From Paraglomus brasilianum (Eukaryota): 45,369 bases of DNA. The DNA lies in the NCBI GenBank assembly GCA_910592345.1, contig CAJVPI010000178.1:1-45369 (forward strand), in the 5' to 3' direction. A model generated the notes under the pieces. That model ran no database searches. It was not told where the DNA came from and saw only the letters and a program-made list of their open reading frames with translations. Numbering within the stretch: the stretch's first letter is position 1; each line of letters begins with the position of its first letter. This document shows, piece by piece, positions 1-12,484 of this stretch. The position numbers were made by a program, and so were the translations under genes.

Positions 1-125
1 TGCAATAGAGTTTTTTTTCAGGAGAAACTCAAACTCGCACTTTATTTTCATTGGCTTAAAATTTTTTTACAAAATTTTCTTTTTGAGTAAAAAGTAGACG
101 ATCAAAACTTTTCAACCGCCCCACG
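1..125. mobile_element. Right end (TIR) of a mariner-family element running off the left edge of the window
   Basis: 98-125 ACGATCAAAACTTTTCAACCGCCCCACG is followed by TA (126-127). Its reverse complement matches the TIR-like ends at 5071 and 5470 (CGTGGGGTGATCGAAAA(G/T)TTTTGATCGT), which lie next to mariner transposase relics. Confidence 0.6.
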
Positions 126-1980
126 TATTATCTTCCCCTTTCTTGGTTGATTCATCATTGAATTGCTTCAAAGTTGGTTTTTGAGGATTTACTTTCTAAT
201 AATGCCATTTGTTAAGAGTAAGTTTTGTATTACTCGCATATTGTGGACACCGTTGCTTTGTTTTTTCACACATCATTACGCGAGATACAGAAAACGTACC
301 TCGACTTTGTTGAAGCCGACGTCATCGATTCGCATTTAAAATATGCAAAGCATCCAGAATGTCAGTGTAATAGGCGGACACTCAAAATTGCGCAAAAGAA
401 AGAGCACAAAATTAAGTTCGTGCGGCCTATCTCTTATATAAACGCATAGCTAGGTTGTGTTGTTGTGTCGTGTTGGTAATGTTATAAGATATTGAGTTGT
501 AATGTTCTTAATCCATTTTAAATAAAACACTACGATCACGTATCAAATTTGTCGTTGCAATTACAAATTGAACTCTTTTAGTGGGAGCGACAAGGACGAA
601 TATAAGGATATTATTAAACAGACGCGTCGAAATTTATCGCCACTTGTACCGTTATGACGTAATAATTCGAATGCTGAAGCCCTTTGGAGTTTTGCGTTCT
701 TACACCTACGATTGATGTACCGCTGAAGCCCTTTGGTGTTGTTAGGTTTACGTGTATTTTCTCTTATATTTTTCATGCAAGACCTCAAATATTTATAGTT
801 AGTATTTATATAAACAAATTCGTTCAGCCCTCTATTATAACCTGTCTAATTATATGCGGTGCCATCATATAGTATACAGTTTATTCTGTGATCCAAGGGT
901 CAAAAACCACGGGTATGTACAATAATAGTTAGCATGTTTGGCGTATTACAGTATTACAATATTACCGGTAGATGTTACACAACAACACGGATTTTTGCGA
1001 CATAAGCTACTGTTATCACGTGTCCATATTCTGGCACGGTTTAAGTTATTGCCTATAAAAAGCGATGCGAATTCGACAAAAATAGCGATCAATTGAAAAA
1101 GAATAGAAAGTATTAGCTCAATTAAATTATTTACTGCGGTTGAAACTATGAAATCTCCAAGGTGGTACGTTTGCTCATGTGAAAAAGCAACATTAAAAAC
1201 ATGTAACGTGTGCTGCTAAAACTGGCCCATACCAACCATAAACAAGTGAATTCAACACACCGTATTAGGAGTTGTGACTATAACAATAATATTGGTCAAA
1301 TTTATATGCCAGCCAATAAAGTCACAAGATTGGGTCGCGATCTATTCCGCTTTGGCTTACCCCTGTTATATTTTTTTTTTTTTCGGTGACGTTACTTCAA
1401 ACCTAATACTAAGCCACTTTATTGCAACACGACCATATAATGCATTATTAATGAATGTATTCCCATTTCCATTTATACTTGAAATCTGTTGAATATCAAC
1501 TTTTGCGCGACTTCCCTGTACCCCATGCTATTCCTAAACGAGTTGCAGACTTGTGATTTTATTACACAATCCAAAGCCCATCACAAACAATCTACTATTC
1601 TACAAAACCCTCCCTGCCCAATTGCCAGCCTCTCCTATTCATATCCCCCCCCTTATCATCAATTTTTTAAACACTCGTCCAGGTTTTATTTAACCTCCAT
1701 AACATTCTACCTACCATTTGGTTGATACTCACAATTACGAAAATCGAAAGTAACAAAGAATTACGAAAATAGAATAAGGTTAGTTCATATGCAGTTTAAG
1801 TTTGTATAAAGAGCACACTGTTCAATGGGTGAACGAGAAAACCCGGTTGCTGACCATAGAATGATACAACTCTTTTAAACCGATATAGCGAGAATAAACC
1901 TTCCAAACTGTCAGACTGTACAATATTCGTTGACATATCAGGTTCAGAGACATATATAAATTTCAAACATTCCTATACAA

Positions 1981-2700
1981 ATGGCACCACGGACGGGCTC
2001 TTCGTCGCCACCGCCTTCTCACAACCCGTACGACGACATAGATATTGACAACCAACCTGATAGTTCTCCAGACTGTCCTTCATCCCATTTCTCATCCACG
2101 CACTTGGCCGCACCGTCCAAACGACAAGACATTACAGGTTCGAGTCGGACAGCACGAGCTAATAGCACACGCCGAAATGCATTCTCCATACTCGGCCAAC
2201 TAAATATTTCTCGCAAAGTCTTCTCTTCGACTACTATACAGACAGCAGCACTCGTTGCCGTCTACACCATCTGTATAACAACCCTATGGGTTATCTTTTG
2301 CGCATCGTATATTCTAACGTTCTACGACGATACTAAAAAACTCGTACGCACTTCTCGAGTATGGGCTCGAGTGAAGCATGGGGTACGTGAGAGATTGTCT
2401 ATGATGGGGGAAGACTGGGAAGGATTAGCAAAAAAGTATTTTGACCAGCCGTGGACAGAATTCAATCCCAATGCCGATGCTGCTAACAAGAACGCACATT
2501 TGAACGATCAACAAAGGAATACTAATTCTGGATCTACGAAAACCCCACAGAAAGAGTGGGAAGAGTGGTTGAAGACAATGATGTACAAGTTTGTGTCGGG
2601 TGTTGCTGGGCAGGAAACTAGTAACAAGTTTTACCAGTATGGGGGAGCAAGGTTTAGACCTTCAGCTCAAGCTGGTGGCTCTAACGATGGACATCGTTGA
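1981..2700 (+). CDS. Hypothetical single-pass membrane protein (239 aa; S/P/D-rich disordered N-terminus, hydrophobic segment ~aa 88-115)
   Basis: Uninterrupted 720-nt ORF in AT-rich DNA with higher GC than its flanks. TATATAAA at ~1953, ACAA-ATG context, AATAAA at ~2720. No family recognised. Confidence 0.65.
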   Translation: MAPRTGSSSPPPSHNPYDDIDIDNQPDSSPDCPSSHFSSTHLAAPSKRQDITGSSRTARANSTRRNAFSILGQLNISRKVFSSTTIQTAALVAVYTICITTLWVIFCASYILTFYDDTKKLVRTSRVWARVKHGVRERLSMMGEDWEGLAKKYFDQPWTEFNPNADAANKNAHLNDQQRNTNSGSTKTPQKEWEEWLKTMMYKFVSGVAGQETSNKFYQYGGARFRPSAQAGGSNDGHR

Positions 2701-4363
2701 TTATTGACATATTGTAATCAATAAATATATACAAACAATATATATAATTGATAACAAAAGTATAAGTACGTAGGGATGAGTTGATTTGCTTTGTACTTTT
2801 TTTCTTCTGTTGTTACATACATTTAATCCCTTTCCTTAGTTGAATAATCGGATACAGTAATAAGTAATAGTTGGCCTTGTTGAATGCAACATGGGTACAG
2901 AACATCGTCGCTACACATTGTATGAAATCTAAAAAGGAATTATTTATAAAAATATAGTAAATATCGACCAAGAGTTAGCTGTCTACACTCAAATTCTTAC
3001 TCTCGATTGTCATCAATCCTTCACCGTATGCATCAAACCGTATCTTCTTTGCCGATGCGTTTGCTGATGTGCGTGTTGATCCTGACATTTTAAGTCGGTG
3101 AATGCAAGGCGTGCTGATATTCAGCGTCTTGTTGTTTCGCAGATTGTTGTATCAATATTATTGTATGAAATCACACCATTGGGTCAACGTTCTGTCAGTG
3201 CGTTTATCTTATGCATTGTGGCAGTCAGCTCATGCACAATCAGCTGGGTATTAGGCTATCTTACGAATCATGAGTTGGATCCTCCCCCACGACAAACGTG
3301 AAAAAAAAAATTTTTTTTTCGTACAGCCACGGGTATGACAATCTTAATTGTCATGAGCTTTACGCCGTTCGAAAGGAATTTGGAAAACAAGCGATAACAT
3401 GCTGACGACAATCTTACTCAAAAGAAACGTGTTACCCCGGAGTCTGTCCAAGGAGAACCCTTTATCAAATATTGCACAGGGTAGAAATTTGGTTAGCTCA
3501 ATAATCGTTGGCGCAACTTATTTATACTAATATATCATTGTAACTCGTTGTGCATAAATCGCAGTTCGGAATCGGTCGGCCATTCATAACACGTGGTTGG
3601 ACAGAGTGCAAGTAGTCAACTTCGTAACTACATTATTACAGAAGAGAAAGCCCCAGAGTAATTGCATGGAAGGAATACTCGAATCTAAAGCCATTAATGA
3701 ATATACCCGTTTTTTGTCACTGTACAATCTAAGATTACTATCTTAATTATCACAATAATAATAATATTATTATTATCGTTGTTATTAAATATTTTACCTA
3801 CATTTTTATTATCTTCCCTGTCTGTTGCGTGATGCGGGTATACAGTCAGCCTCTCTCTATATTCACACTATTGTTTGTGGGATTATAGATACAGACATTG
3901 GTCATGTGATTAAATTTGTCATTAATTTTTATCGATTCCTTTTATTGCAATTGACCGCAATGGCATATTATTGAAGTTAAGTAGAATGGATTGGATCAAT
4001 ATTGTTTGAAAAAGTTGGTTGCTTTTCCTCCTCAACTTTTAAAGCAGCATGTCTGATTGCACCTGTTATACCAATTTAAACGGTCGACATCTAGGTCAGA
4101 CGTTTCCATCAACCTCTGGCAGAACAGCCAGTTGATCACGTTTGTATAAACATCCTGCCTTTTAGTTTCTAACGAAAAGTCACCTTTCGCTTACCAATAT
4201 TAGTTTTTTGGTAGGAATACTTACAACTTAATTGTCGTGTTTCACGTTTATTTAATCTTTAGAAACGAAAACTAAATAAAGACATGTGATTATACGTGAC
4301 TATAGACAGCGGTCAATACTTGTATCTGTTCAGAGTTTTTGTAATAGGGACTATATTGTCACG

Positions 4364-4464
4364 GCTGATGCTGAAATCCGAGACCATGACCTTTCATTGG
4401 TTGATCAAATTTTATTCTCTAACCCATTGGTTGGTTGCAGCTTCAGCCGGATTTCAGCATCAGC
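4364..4464. repeat. 101-bp foldback element with perfect 17-bp inverted repeats (possible MITE)
   Basis: GCTGATGCTGAAATCCG (4364-4380) pairs with CGGATTTCAGCATCAGC (4448-4464). No TSD seen. Confidence 0.55.
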
Positions 4465-5070
4465 TCCCACATTTATTAATAAATGTGACTATATAAACAA
4501 GGGTCGATTGTATATTAAACAATTTACTTTGGGAGATCCATCGATTAACAATAACCGGACAAAGATAGTTATAAAAAAAGACCAGGACTAGCTTGTTCTC
4601 TCTATTCAATGTTCACTGGACATTCCCCGGACATGTTTTCTAGGATTCAACTGATGTCTATATACGTGTTGGGATAATATAAATAACCAACTAATAATCT
4701 TAATTTGTAACTTGGAAATTACTATGTCGATGACTGTTATGCTATCGCAGGCAATGAAAAATCAACGGTATAATATTCCCGTTTACAATATCAGCTCTTC
4801 ATCATTCAGTAAGCGATTGCCAGCCATAAACTTATGTCTTGCCCGTTATGAAACCAATAATTTCTATTATAACACTACTGATTATGATCGATATTTACCA
4901 TTCCATTTAAAGACAAGTATTTAAAAGACGAGTCTGTCAGAACATCTAAAAAGGAAATTGTTATGATAATCAACTCAAATAAATTAATACCAAGTCTATT
5001 CTATTATTATTATGGTCTGGGCATATTAATCTCCATACCATTGTTGTTGTTATTATTAGTATTATTATTA

Positions 5071-5436
5071 CATGTGGGGTGATCGAAAAGTTTTGATCGT
5101 GTGACTTTATTATAATTCACAAACGTACATAATAATTTACAAATATAATTTTCTTGAATCTCTCTCTATCAGCCGTCTCTTCCAATCCTCGAAGAATTTG
5201 TAATAATTCTCTTTTGGATTGCTCTCAACAACTGATCATCTAGACAGCCAACATCATTATAACTCTTTCTAAAAAGTTACCGGGGGGACACTTAATATTA
5301 ACAATTTCATAATCGAGTGCATCATGTGGCAGCACATTATTAATTATCACAACAAAGCATAACATTTGCGCCTTTTTCTGCCATTGATTTTTGAAGACAT
5401 TGGATAATATTTATTACTCTATCGTAACTAACTCCT
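5071..5436 (-). pseudogene. Decayed tandem duplicate of the mariner 3' end
   Basis: Colinear with 5470-5890, with the same TIR and flanking (TAT)n. The minus strand retains FFEDWKRRL. Confidence 0.6.
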
Positions 5437-5469
5437 ACACTGTTCTCTTGATTAGTATTATTATTATTA

Positions 5470-6070
5470 CGTGGGGTGATCGAAAATTTTTGATCGTGGG
5501 ACTTTTATTATAATTAACAGACGTACATAATAATTTACAAACAATTATGCAAGTCCTTCAAAATAGTTTGAATCCTATACAAAGTTTCAGCCGTCTCGAG
5601 GAATTTGTTATAATTCTCTTTTGCATTGCTCTCAACAACTGCTTGAACACCAAGATCTAGACAACTAACATCGTTATAGCTCTTTCTGCCTGCTCTTGGA
5701 AATAAGAAAAAAGTTACGGTGGGGGGGGGAGGACAAATATGATAGGAAGGGTGATACACGTGCTCTGATGTAAACTGAGTGCACTCATGTGGCAGCACAT
5801 TCACAACAAAGCATAACATTTACACCGTTTTTCTCCCTTGATTTTGGAGAAATTTGGATAATGTTTATTACTCTATTGTGACTAATTCCTGTTATATGAG
5901 GGGCTTTGTTGACTACTTCTTCATTTGTATCAATATTTTTCTGATTACAGGCAGCCTCATTGGGTTTTCTGAGCAATGTCTTTTCCTCCACTATCAAATC
6001 TATTAATTCACCATCTAACTGGGCTTTGAAAATCAATGTTTTGTTGCAAAAATGTCTATTACTGTGTGGA
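5470..6070 (-). mobile_element. Mariner-family transposase relic with terminal TIR
   Basis: TA followed by the TIR CGTGGGGTGATCGAAAA at 5470. Minus-strand fragments VML..NVLPH, FFLFPR, VQAVVES..KENY and YFEGL match the mariner C-terminus (LHHDNA.PH, SPCDFFLFP, GDYFE) and the copy at 9741-10700. Frameshifted. Confidence 0.6.
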
Positions 6071-7340
6071 TCTAGCAGATCTAGTTTCCATATAAATAAA
6101 TAAAATAAATTTTCGTACCTTAATCATCACACTAATTATTGTATATGTAATTGCGTATCCTGGTGACGATGAAAACCATTTATATGCAAAGTGTGAGGAC
6201 TAAGTAGTGAGCCAATCCGGAGATGGTAGCACGAATGTCAGTAAATACGCGACTAGCAAATGACCAGACAGCAAGATACGGAGCGTTGATTTATATTACT
6301 GCTGGAGAAATACCAGAAAGACTTATAGAATTGCTAGCAAAGTGTATTTTCCGATTAAACCCATGTTTAAGCTCTTTCGAAGAACGAGCTCTTAGGAACA
6401 ATAGTAAAGTAGATTTTAAGTACGTTAATTAACACATACTTTGGTAATCGTACCGACTGAGCTGGGAAACCGTTAATTTCTCTATTGGTAAGAGTGATCG
6501 ATACTTGCCCATCGATTTACTCCAACTTGGCAAATACAATTACTGTTTAATTCAGAACACGTGCTATGGTTGATACTCTTATACCCCAACTATAGAACAT
6601 TAATCTAATCCCGATGGTAGTAGGACTCGAGATTAAAACGTAAAGTCGGTAAAAATCTTTTGGGGTAAAAATGGAACGTTGTAATAAAATGCAAGATAGG
6701 TCCATTGTAATGGGTACGTTTTTGTAAAAACTGTCTTGGAATTAGTTTTGTTTTTATTTTCAGATGAACAAATGGTAGAATTAAGTCTCTCCCATCTTAC
6801 AGAAATCTCATTCGTTGTGCAATCTTAAACTGTAAATATAAAGTTTTTAATTCAAGATTTTCGTAACCGAACAGATAGTAATCAAGGTGAATTTGAGAAA
6901 GAAAAAAAAAGTTGGGATTGTCTGGTAACAAGGTACTCGAAGCTATTGTAGACCAAAATTTCTAACCAGTAACATAGAATGGAGATTGTCAAACAAAAAA
7001 CTCAAAACCCCAACGGCTGCCAAAACTTTGTGTAAATACGAGACTGGATGCTTTTCAGCAAGTGTTATCGAGCAATTTTTATGCAGCTTTAATGATAACA
7101 TGGCGATGAAAGAGGATGCCGTAGTATTAATCTAGATAATGAATAATTCCAAGGCATTAAATTGGTACAGAAATGTTAAAGTACAAGAGATATAGTTGGC
7201 TGCCAGTTGGGCATTTTGTGGCTGTATCTACTAATTGAGGTTTATTGTTCTTGTATGAAACCCAATCCAGTATTAAATCGCAAAGATTATTTTTATCCAA
7301 ACACCCTTATACAGCAAGATAAAGTATACGCTTACATATA

Positions 7341-8435
7341 CAGTGTATCAAAAAAACCCCCCGGAAAATTGTATACGTCACTAAAACGCGTCTAGCATGC
7401 CCAATTTGGAATCAATTTGCGATGCGTTTAATTCAAAATAAACACAAAGATATCTAGGGATCAATTTAACTCTCTTTTTTCATTGCATCTATACATAAAT
7501 TTTTGATACATTATTACACAATGTCTGCTACCAAGAAAGAATTACACGTAAAACTTTATTATATTTGTGGAACGAGGAAGTGTGTGATGCTTGCGAGCTA
7601 CATGCACGTACAAGCATACCACTCTCAACAATATATGACAATGTAAATAAACAGTAACTACTAAGCATGCTGGTGCCCGAAAAAAATCTTTCGAAAGCAC
7701 TCGGGCAATACATTCGGTGAGACACTTCCTTGTCAACACGAACTCTGGCAAAAAAGTAGGCGTAAGTGTGACGCAATGCAACAATTGCCGACTTTGAATA
7801 TAAAAAACCCTCCAAGAGCCACATCTATGCTTACTAACGCCCACAAGCAAAAACGTGTAGAATGGGCTCAAAAGCATCTTAACGACGATTGGAGTCGGAC
7901 TGTATTCTCAGATGAGACAGCATTCCAACTCTTTCGGAACACTGTAGAACGTTGGCATAAGGGTGTACGGCCAGTTCGTTGTGTGCCGAAAGATCGAACA
8001 AAAATTATGGCATGGGACGGATTTTGCATAAATGGAAAACGAATTTGTTTTGCTTTCGACAAATTATGGATGCCAGATTTCATGTCGAAATTTTACAGCA
8101 ACATTCCCCAAATGCTCGGGGTGGATAGATGGAAGTTTCAGCAAGACAATGACCCCAAGCATAATAGTCGTCTTACTAAAGCCTTTCTTGATGAGAATGC
8201 TCCAGAAGTCATGGACTGACCATCCAATAGTCTTGATTAAACCCTATTGAAAACTTATGGGCCATTGTGAAAGGTAATGTAGAGAAACGAATGCCTCAAA
8301 ATATCAATGAACTGGAGCAATTTATGATGAAGGAGTGGAGGATGTTCCAGATACTGTTGTAATAATCTCGTGGGCTCAATGAGACGCCGTTGTGAACTTG
8401 TTATAGAAAATGATGGAGAGAGAATCTCTTATTAA
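7341..8435 (+). mobile_element. Tc1-family (DD34E) DNA transposon; transposase pseudogene 7521-8435
   Basis: TA|CAGTGTATCAAAAAA left end. ATG at 7521 with an HTH-like region (SIPLSTIYDN), then WSRTVFSDET, QQDNDPKH, D*PSNS.D.NPIENLW (34 residues from D to E after correcting a 1-nt deletion) and RRCELVIENDGERISY*. Several frameshifts and stops. Right TIR not found. Confidence 0.9.
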
Positions 8436-8584
8436 TTACTGCTAATAAATCTGTTGGTTTTCAGCTTTTAAATAAGCTATAATCATGTAATTTGGTCCAT
8501 TCATTGTGACACAGTGAATGAAAAACTTATTCCGGGTCATATGAGTCAAAACCACTGAAAACAAAAATTGGAAGTGGACTTTCA

Positions 8585-9468
8585 ATCTTTCAACTGTTTT
8601 ACAACACAATTAAACATTGGTACAAATATAAAGGGCCAAGACCAATATGTCCAATGCCAAAGACCGAATTATGGCTGGATGATTTGCAAAGAAAGGGCGA
8701 GTCTCTTTGTTGCAAATTATACAGTGTAACAAAAAAAAAAAGATATTTTTCCGTTTTGTGAAAAACGCATACAACTTTTCCAATGGATGCAAACTTTTAT
8801 GTTGAAATTTTAGCTCCTCATTTTTCTGTAGTCAATCAGACTCTTGGTAAAAGGTGGAGGTTTTAGCAGGACATGACCTTAAGTATACAAGTAGAGATTT
8901 TGTTCAGAAAAATATTACACAAATTATGGATTAACTATCTAACAGTCCTTGATTAAATCCAATAGAAAATCTTTGGTGTATTGTTAAAAATAATGTCGAG
9001 AGAAGGATGTCAAAAAATTGTGAGGAGTTTAGCAATTTATGGAAGAGGAATGGCAAAATATTTCAGAAGCGACTCTTATTAATTTAGTAGACTTAATGGA
9101 ACGTAGACGTGAATTAATTATTGTGGCAGGCTAAAACAAAATCGGATTAAAATGAAATTTTCTCTATTTTAATATGAAAATTTAAAATTTTTTGGGGGCA
9201 ATTTTCTGGACTTTTTTTGGGGGATTTGGGTTGGATTTAGGGTAACTTTTGTTAATAGAAGAGTATTATGTGGGTTTCAGAGGTGTAAAGAGAATCCAAA
9301 AAGACTCCAAATTTCATTTTAATCTGATTTCGTTTTAATCTGCCACAATTATTGAGCGTAATGTTGAGCGCATCCCATAGTAAATAGATCTATGGGGTTT
9401 ATTCAAATCAGCAAGCATAAAAATTGACACAATGCTTATCAAGTAATAAAATTTTTGTTACACAATTG
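8585..9468 (+). mobile_element. Second, heavily deleted Tc1 relic with an internal TA|CAGTG end and a nested MITE
   Basis: Fragments FQLFYNTIKHWYK..PRPICPMPKDR, MDANFYVEIL, NPIENLWCIVKNNVERR and RRELI|IERNVERIP* (stop 9378-9380). TA|CAGTGTAACAAAAA at 8722 and a degenerate partner TTTTTGTTACAC(aat)TG|TA at 9452-9468. Confidence 0.75.
9122..9347. mobile_element. 226-bp MITE with TGT...ACA ends, ~39-bp TIR and 5-bp TSD ATTAT (Ginger-like termini)
   Basis: TGTGGCAGGCTAAAACAAAATCGGATTAAAATGAAATTT matches the reverse complement of the right end with 4 mismatches. ATTAT at 9117-9121 and 9348-9352. Removing the element and one TSD restores the Tc1 frame RELIIERNVERIP. Confidence 0.85.
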
Positions 9469-9740
9469 TAATTGTGAATGGTGTTAAATATTAAAACAGC
9501 GCTTTCAGAAGTAAGAAGACTGTTAGAGAACAGATGCTCCTTCAACAAGACAATAGTAGCTGTTGTGTGGCGAAGAATTTTCGAAACAGTTTTAAGACTA
9601 ACCCACCAACAGGCATCTTAATCCTTTGGAATACACGTATAGTCAAAACAAATGTATAGAGGCGTGAACAAAACAACAATTGGAACATTTATATCGAAGA
9701 ATAAAATTCAAATATATCACGGTTAATTTACTAGATTCTA

Positions 9741-10700
9741 TAGGGGAAAGGGGGGGCTAAAAGTTTGCCGTCGATTCTTAATTCTAAATACAATTGTTCA
9801 AAAAACCATTGATTCCTTCAAAGTAGTCTCCTTAACATCTGTGCAAACAATTCTGCCAACTTCTCATAGTCAGCTTTTGGGGGTGGTGTCAACAACTGGC
9901 TGAACGGCCCTTGCCAAATTTTCAACACTAATAAAACTTTGTTCCTTTAGTCTTTTCGTGGTTTGAAGAAATAAGAAAAAATTATGAGAAAGATCTGGGC
10001 TATATGGAAGATTGAGAAGAAGTGCTACCTGTTACTTGTGAAGATATTCAGTTACGATTGCTGACTTATGCGGTGTAACATGTCATAGTGAAGCATGACA
10101 TCGGAACAGAAAATATTTCTGACAGTATACTATGTGCATAAAGCTTTCATGTAGTAGTATGCGAGTCAGTTTTTTATAAAGTCGTCGACTTTGGCAATAT
10201 TTTTCTGACATAACTGCTTTGCAAGGGCGCCATAACGAGCTTTGTCAAGAATGCTTTCATCTCTATCCCTTGAATGTATGAATCCAGCTTTAAACTGTGC
10301 GAAGAGATAGTGCTTGTTCTCCTTCTGCATTGACCAGCTCGTTGCGAACTTGAGTTGGTCCCGACATGAAACAAAAATGTATTATCGTTATCGTTTATGG
10401 CCTATTTTGTCCAATTGTTTCGGTATGGGTTTTTCAAAAAACAGTTTCTCTAGAATGGCGAAATAAATTTTTGAAATCCAACGCAGGCGACAAAACATTT
10501 TAGCACCCCCACGTGCCTCATCAAAATTGACGGTGATGCGAAGAAATCCGTGCGAACGGATATTTTAAATTTGATCACTGGTAATCGCTCCTCTAAAGTT
10601 TAAAAAATCATTTATTTGGAGGACGAGATACCGCGGGACACAAATTGGCTGTGTATGACCAGAAAAAAAAACCACTACAATATAAGAGATTATTGGCGCT
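9741..10700 (-). mobile_element. Mariner (DD34D-type) transposase pseudogene
   Basis: Minus strand reads VMLHYD..TPHKSAIVTEYL, LPYSPDLS.NFFLF, ENLARAVQ and GDYFEGI, with an upstream C.LRWI (WVP-like). TA followed by a TAGGGG...AAAAGTTT TIR-like end at 9741. The 5' boundary is uncertain. Confidence 0.8.
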
Positions 10701-11313
10701 GTACGCAGATGTCTTTATCTAGCCCATAGCAAAGTCTTTACAGCCCTAATCAGGAAACTGTTTAAGGAGTACTATTAATACATCAATATAAATAAAGTAA
10801 TCTATTTTTCTTAAGAATTAGAGTCTCGTAGACTAAGAAGATCGCCCAAATAAGTAGCCTAAGTAGCTTCGCCGTTGTGTGGCCCGACATCGTCTGTTAC
10901 AAGAATTTTGCAACCAACTTTTGTACAAAAGGTCACGTCGCCTGTAGCTGTCAAACTATGTGTTGACAAGTAGTCCTATACTTTCAAGTGAATGTATGCT
11001 AATATGCCATTGTTAATATCGTTGACATTCTCCCATTTTCCTATTCTTGAATCGCCTTTTCCCCCATTGGTTTTCTGCCGGTTAAAGTTAAATACGTCCG
11101 ATAACGTTTTTCCCTCCCATAATCATAATTTGGAGATGCAAATGGCCTCACTTTGTTAAATGAAAACTTTAACTCTTGCTCAAATTCCCCTAGTGAATAG
11201 ATTTTTTTTTCTACAACTTTTAAACAGTTCCAACGTTTTCGACAATTTTACTCGGTGATTTGCGTTAATCTTTACAAGCTTGGTTGCTTGAACCATCACT
11301 TCGAAGCTGGTTA

Positions 11314-11514
11314 CATAGTGAAACCCGTTAAGCCGAAGTGGGTCGGGAACACAGGTGGGAAATGCTAAGAAATTCGGTTTAACAGAGTTCAATTAGTAAA
11401 TTCGGTTGATCGGGGTAAATATTTAATATAGAGGTTTAGAACTTACCTTCGGTTTAGCGGGATTTTACTTAGTCCTTCGGTTTATCCATCTTTGGATTAA
11501 CGGGGTTGACTGTG
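11314..11514. mobile_element. Pogo/Tigger-like MITE with TA flanks and subterminal TTCGGTTTA repeats
   Basis: TA|CATAGTGAAACCCGTTAAGCCGA pairs with TTGGATTAACGGGGTTGACTGTG|TA (~20/25). Several internal TTCGGTT(T/G)A motifs. Confidence 0.7.
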
Positions 11515-12484
11515 TATGTGTTTTATGATATAGTAATAGTCAGACTAATATAAATAGCCCCACGAGAGGTCAATGAATAGTGAGCACTTTTGGAGTGGTT
11601 TACTAGTTTGAAATAATGAAAAACATGGCGAGTGTAAAACAAATTTGCAAGCGCTCATCGATTTTAAACCCCAAACTGTGAGCATAACCTATATCGATAT
11701 GACAATGTTCAAAAGCTTGAAGATTGCGTGGGAACATTTTGGATTAAGAATTCCATCGCGCTGCCGTAGTGTTGTTGGGTCGCATTAACACAGTTTTGAA
11801 CCAACTTTTGTGGTCCGGGATGCAAATTTGCTTACCACCGTCTCCATTGAATGCGCCTTTTGGTAGCATTTATGTAATGCGAGCATTCAGTCTTTCTTTC
11901 CTAGCCACACCAGCCTCGTTTGTAGCACGTGGTAAAATGGTTTTTATTTTGTTACAGTTTGTTACATTATCAATAACGTAAACCATACAGCAACGGACAA
12001 TAATACTACCGGTGACACAATCAATATATTCTTACCCTTTTTGCTTAAACCTTTTTTATCTTTATTTACACTGGCTCGCCCGTAACCTATTATCCTCTGC
12101 TTTCTTTCTTTACTGCGCAATTATTCCGCTATTATATAACATATAAATACTACTTGAAAGAAAGGATATTAAGCAAAATCCAATATCCTGTCATTGTTCA
12201 ACCTTCGTTCTCCTTATTGTTCCTTTGTCTACAACAGTATATAAAGGAGAACACAAAAAACTCCGTTACGACAAGAGGATAAAGACTATCTAGATAATTG
12301 GATATCGTTTCTCAATAAATATCATACATATCCCAACTCCCACACACACACACATTACATTATAATTGACCTCGCTCTCTCCTCATCCCAAAAGTATCAA
12401 AAGAATATCCAACACTAATAATACACACAAAACTTATATCTACTTAGTCACTCTTCATACTATATTAATACAAACTAATACAAA

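Noticed and set aside
673..736. 15-bp direct repeat GCTGAAGCCCTTTGG (673 and 722)
   Set aside because: Only two copies with no associated structure.
126..5070. Possible composite transposon carrying the 1981-2700 gene between mariner TIRs
   Set aside because: The TIRs at 98-125 and 5071 belong to elements extending away from this interval, so it is not enclosed.
6150..6660. LTR-like non-coding stretch
   Set aside because: No TG...CA pair or TSD found.
6760..7240. Possible decayed Sel1-repeat gene (KALNWYR)
   Set aside because: Only one short motif; no frame could be reconstructed.
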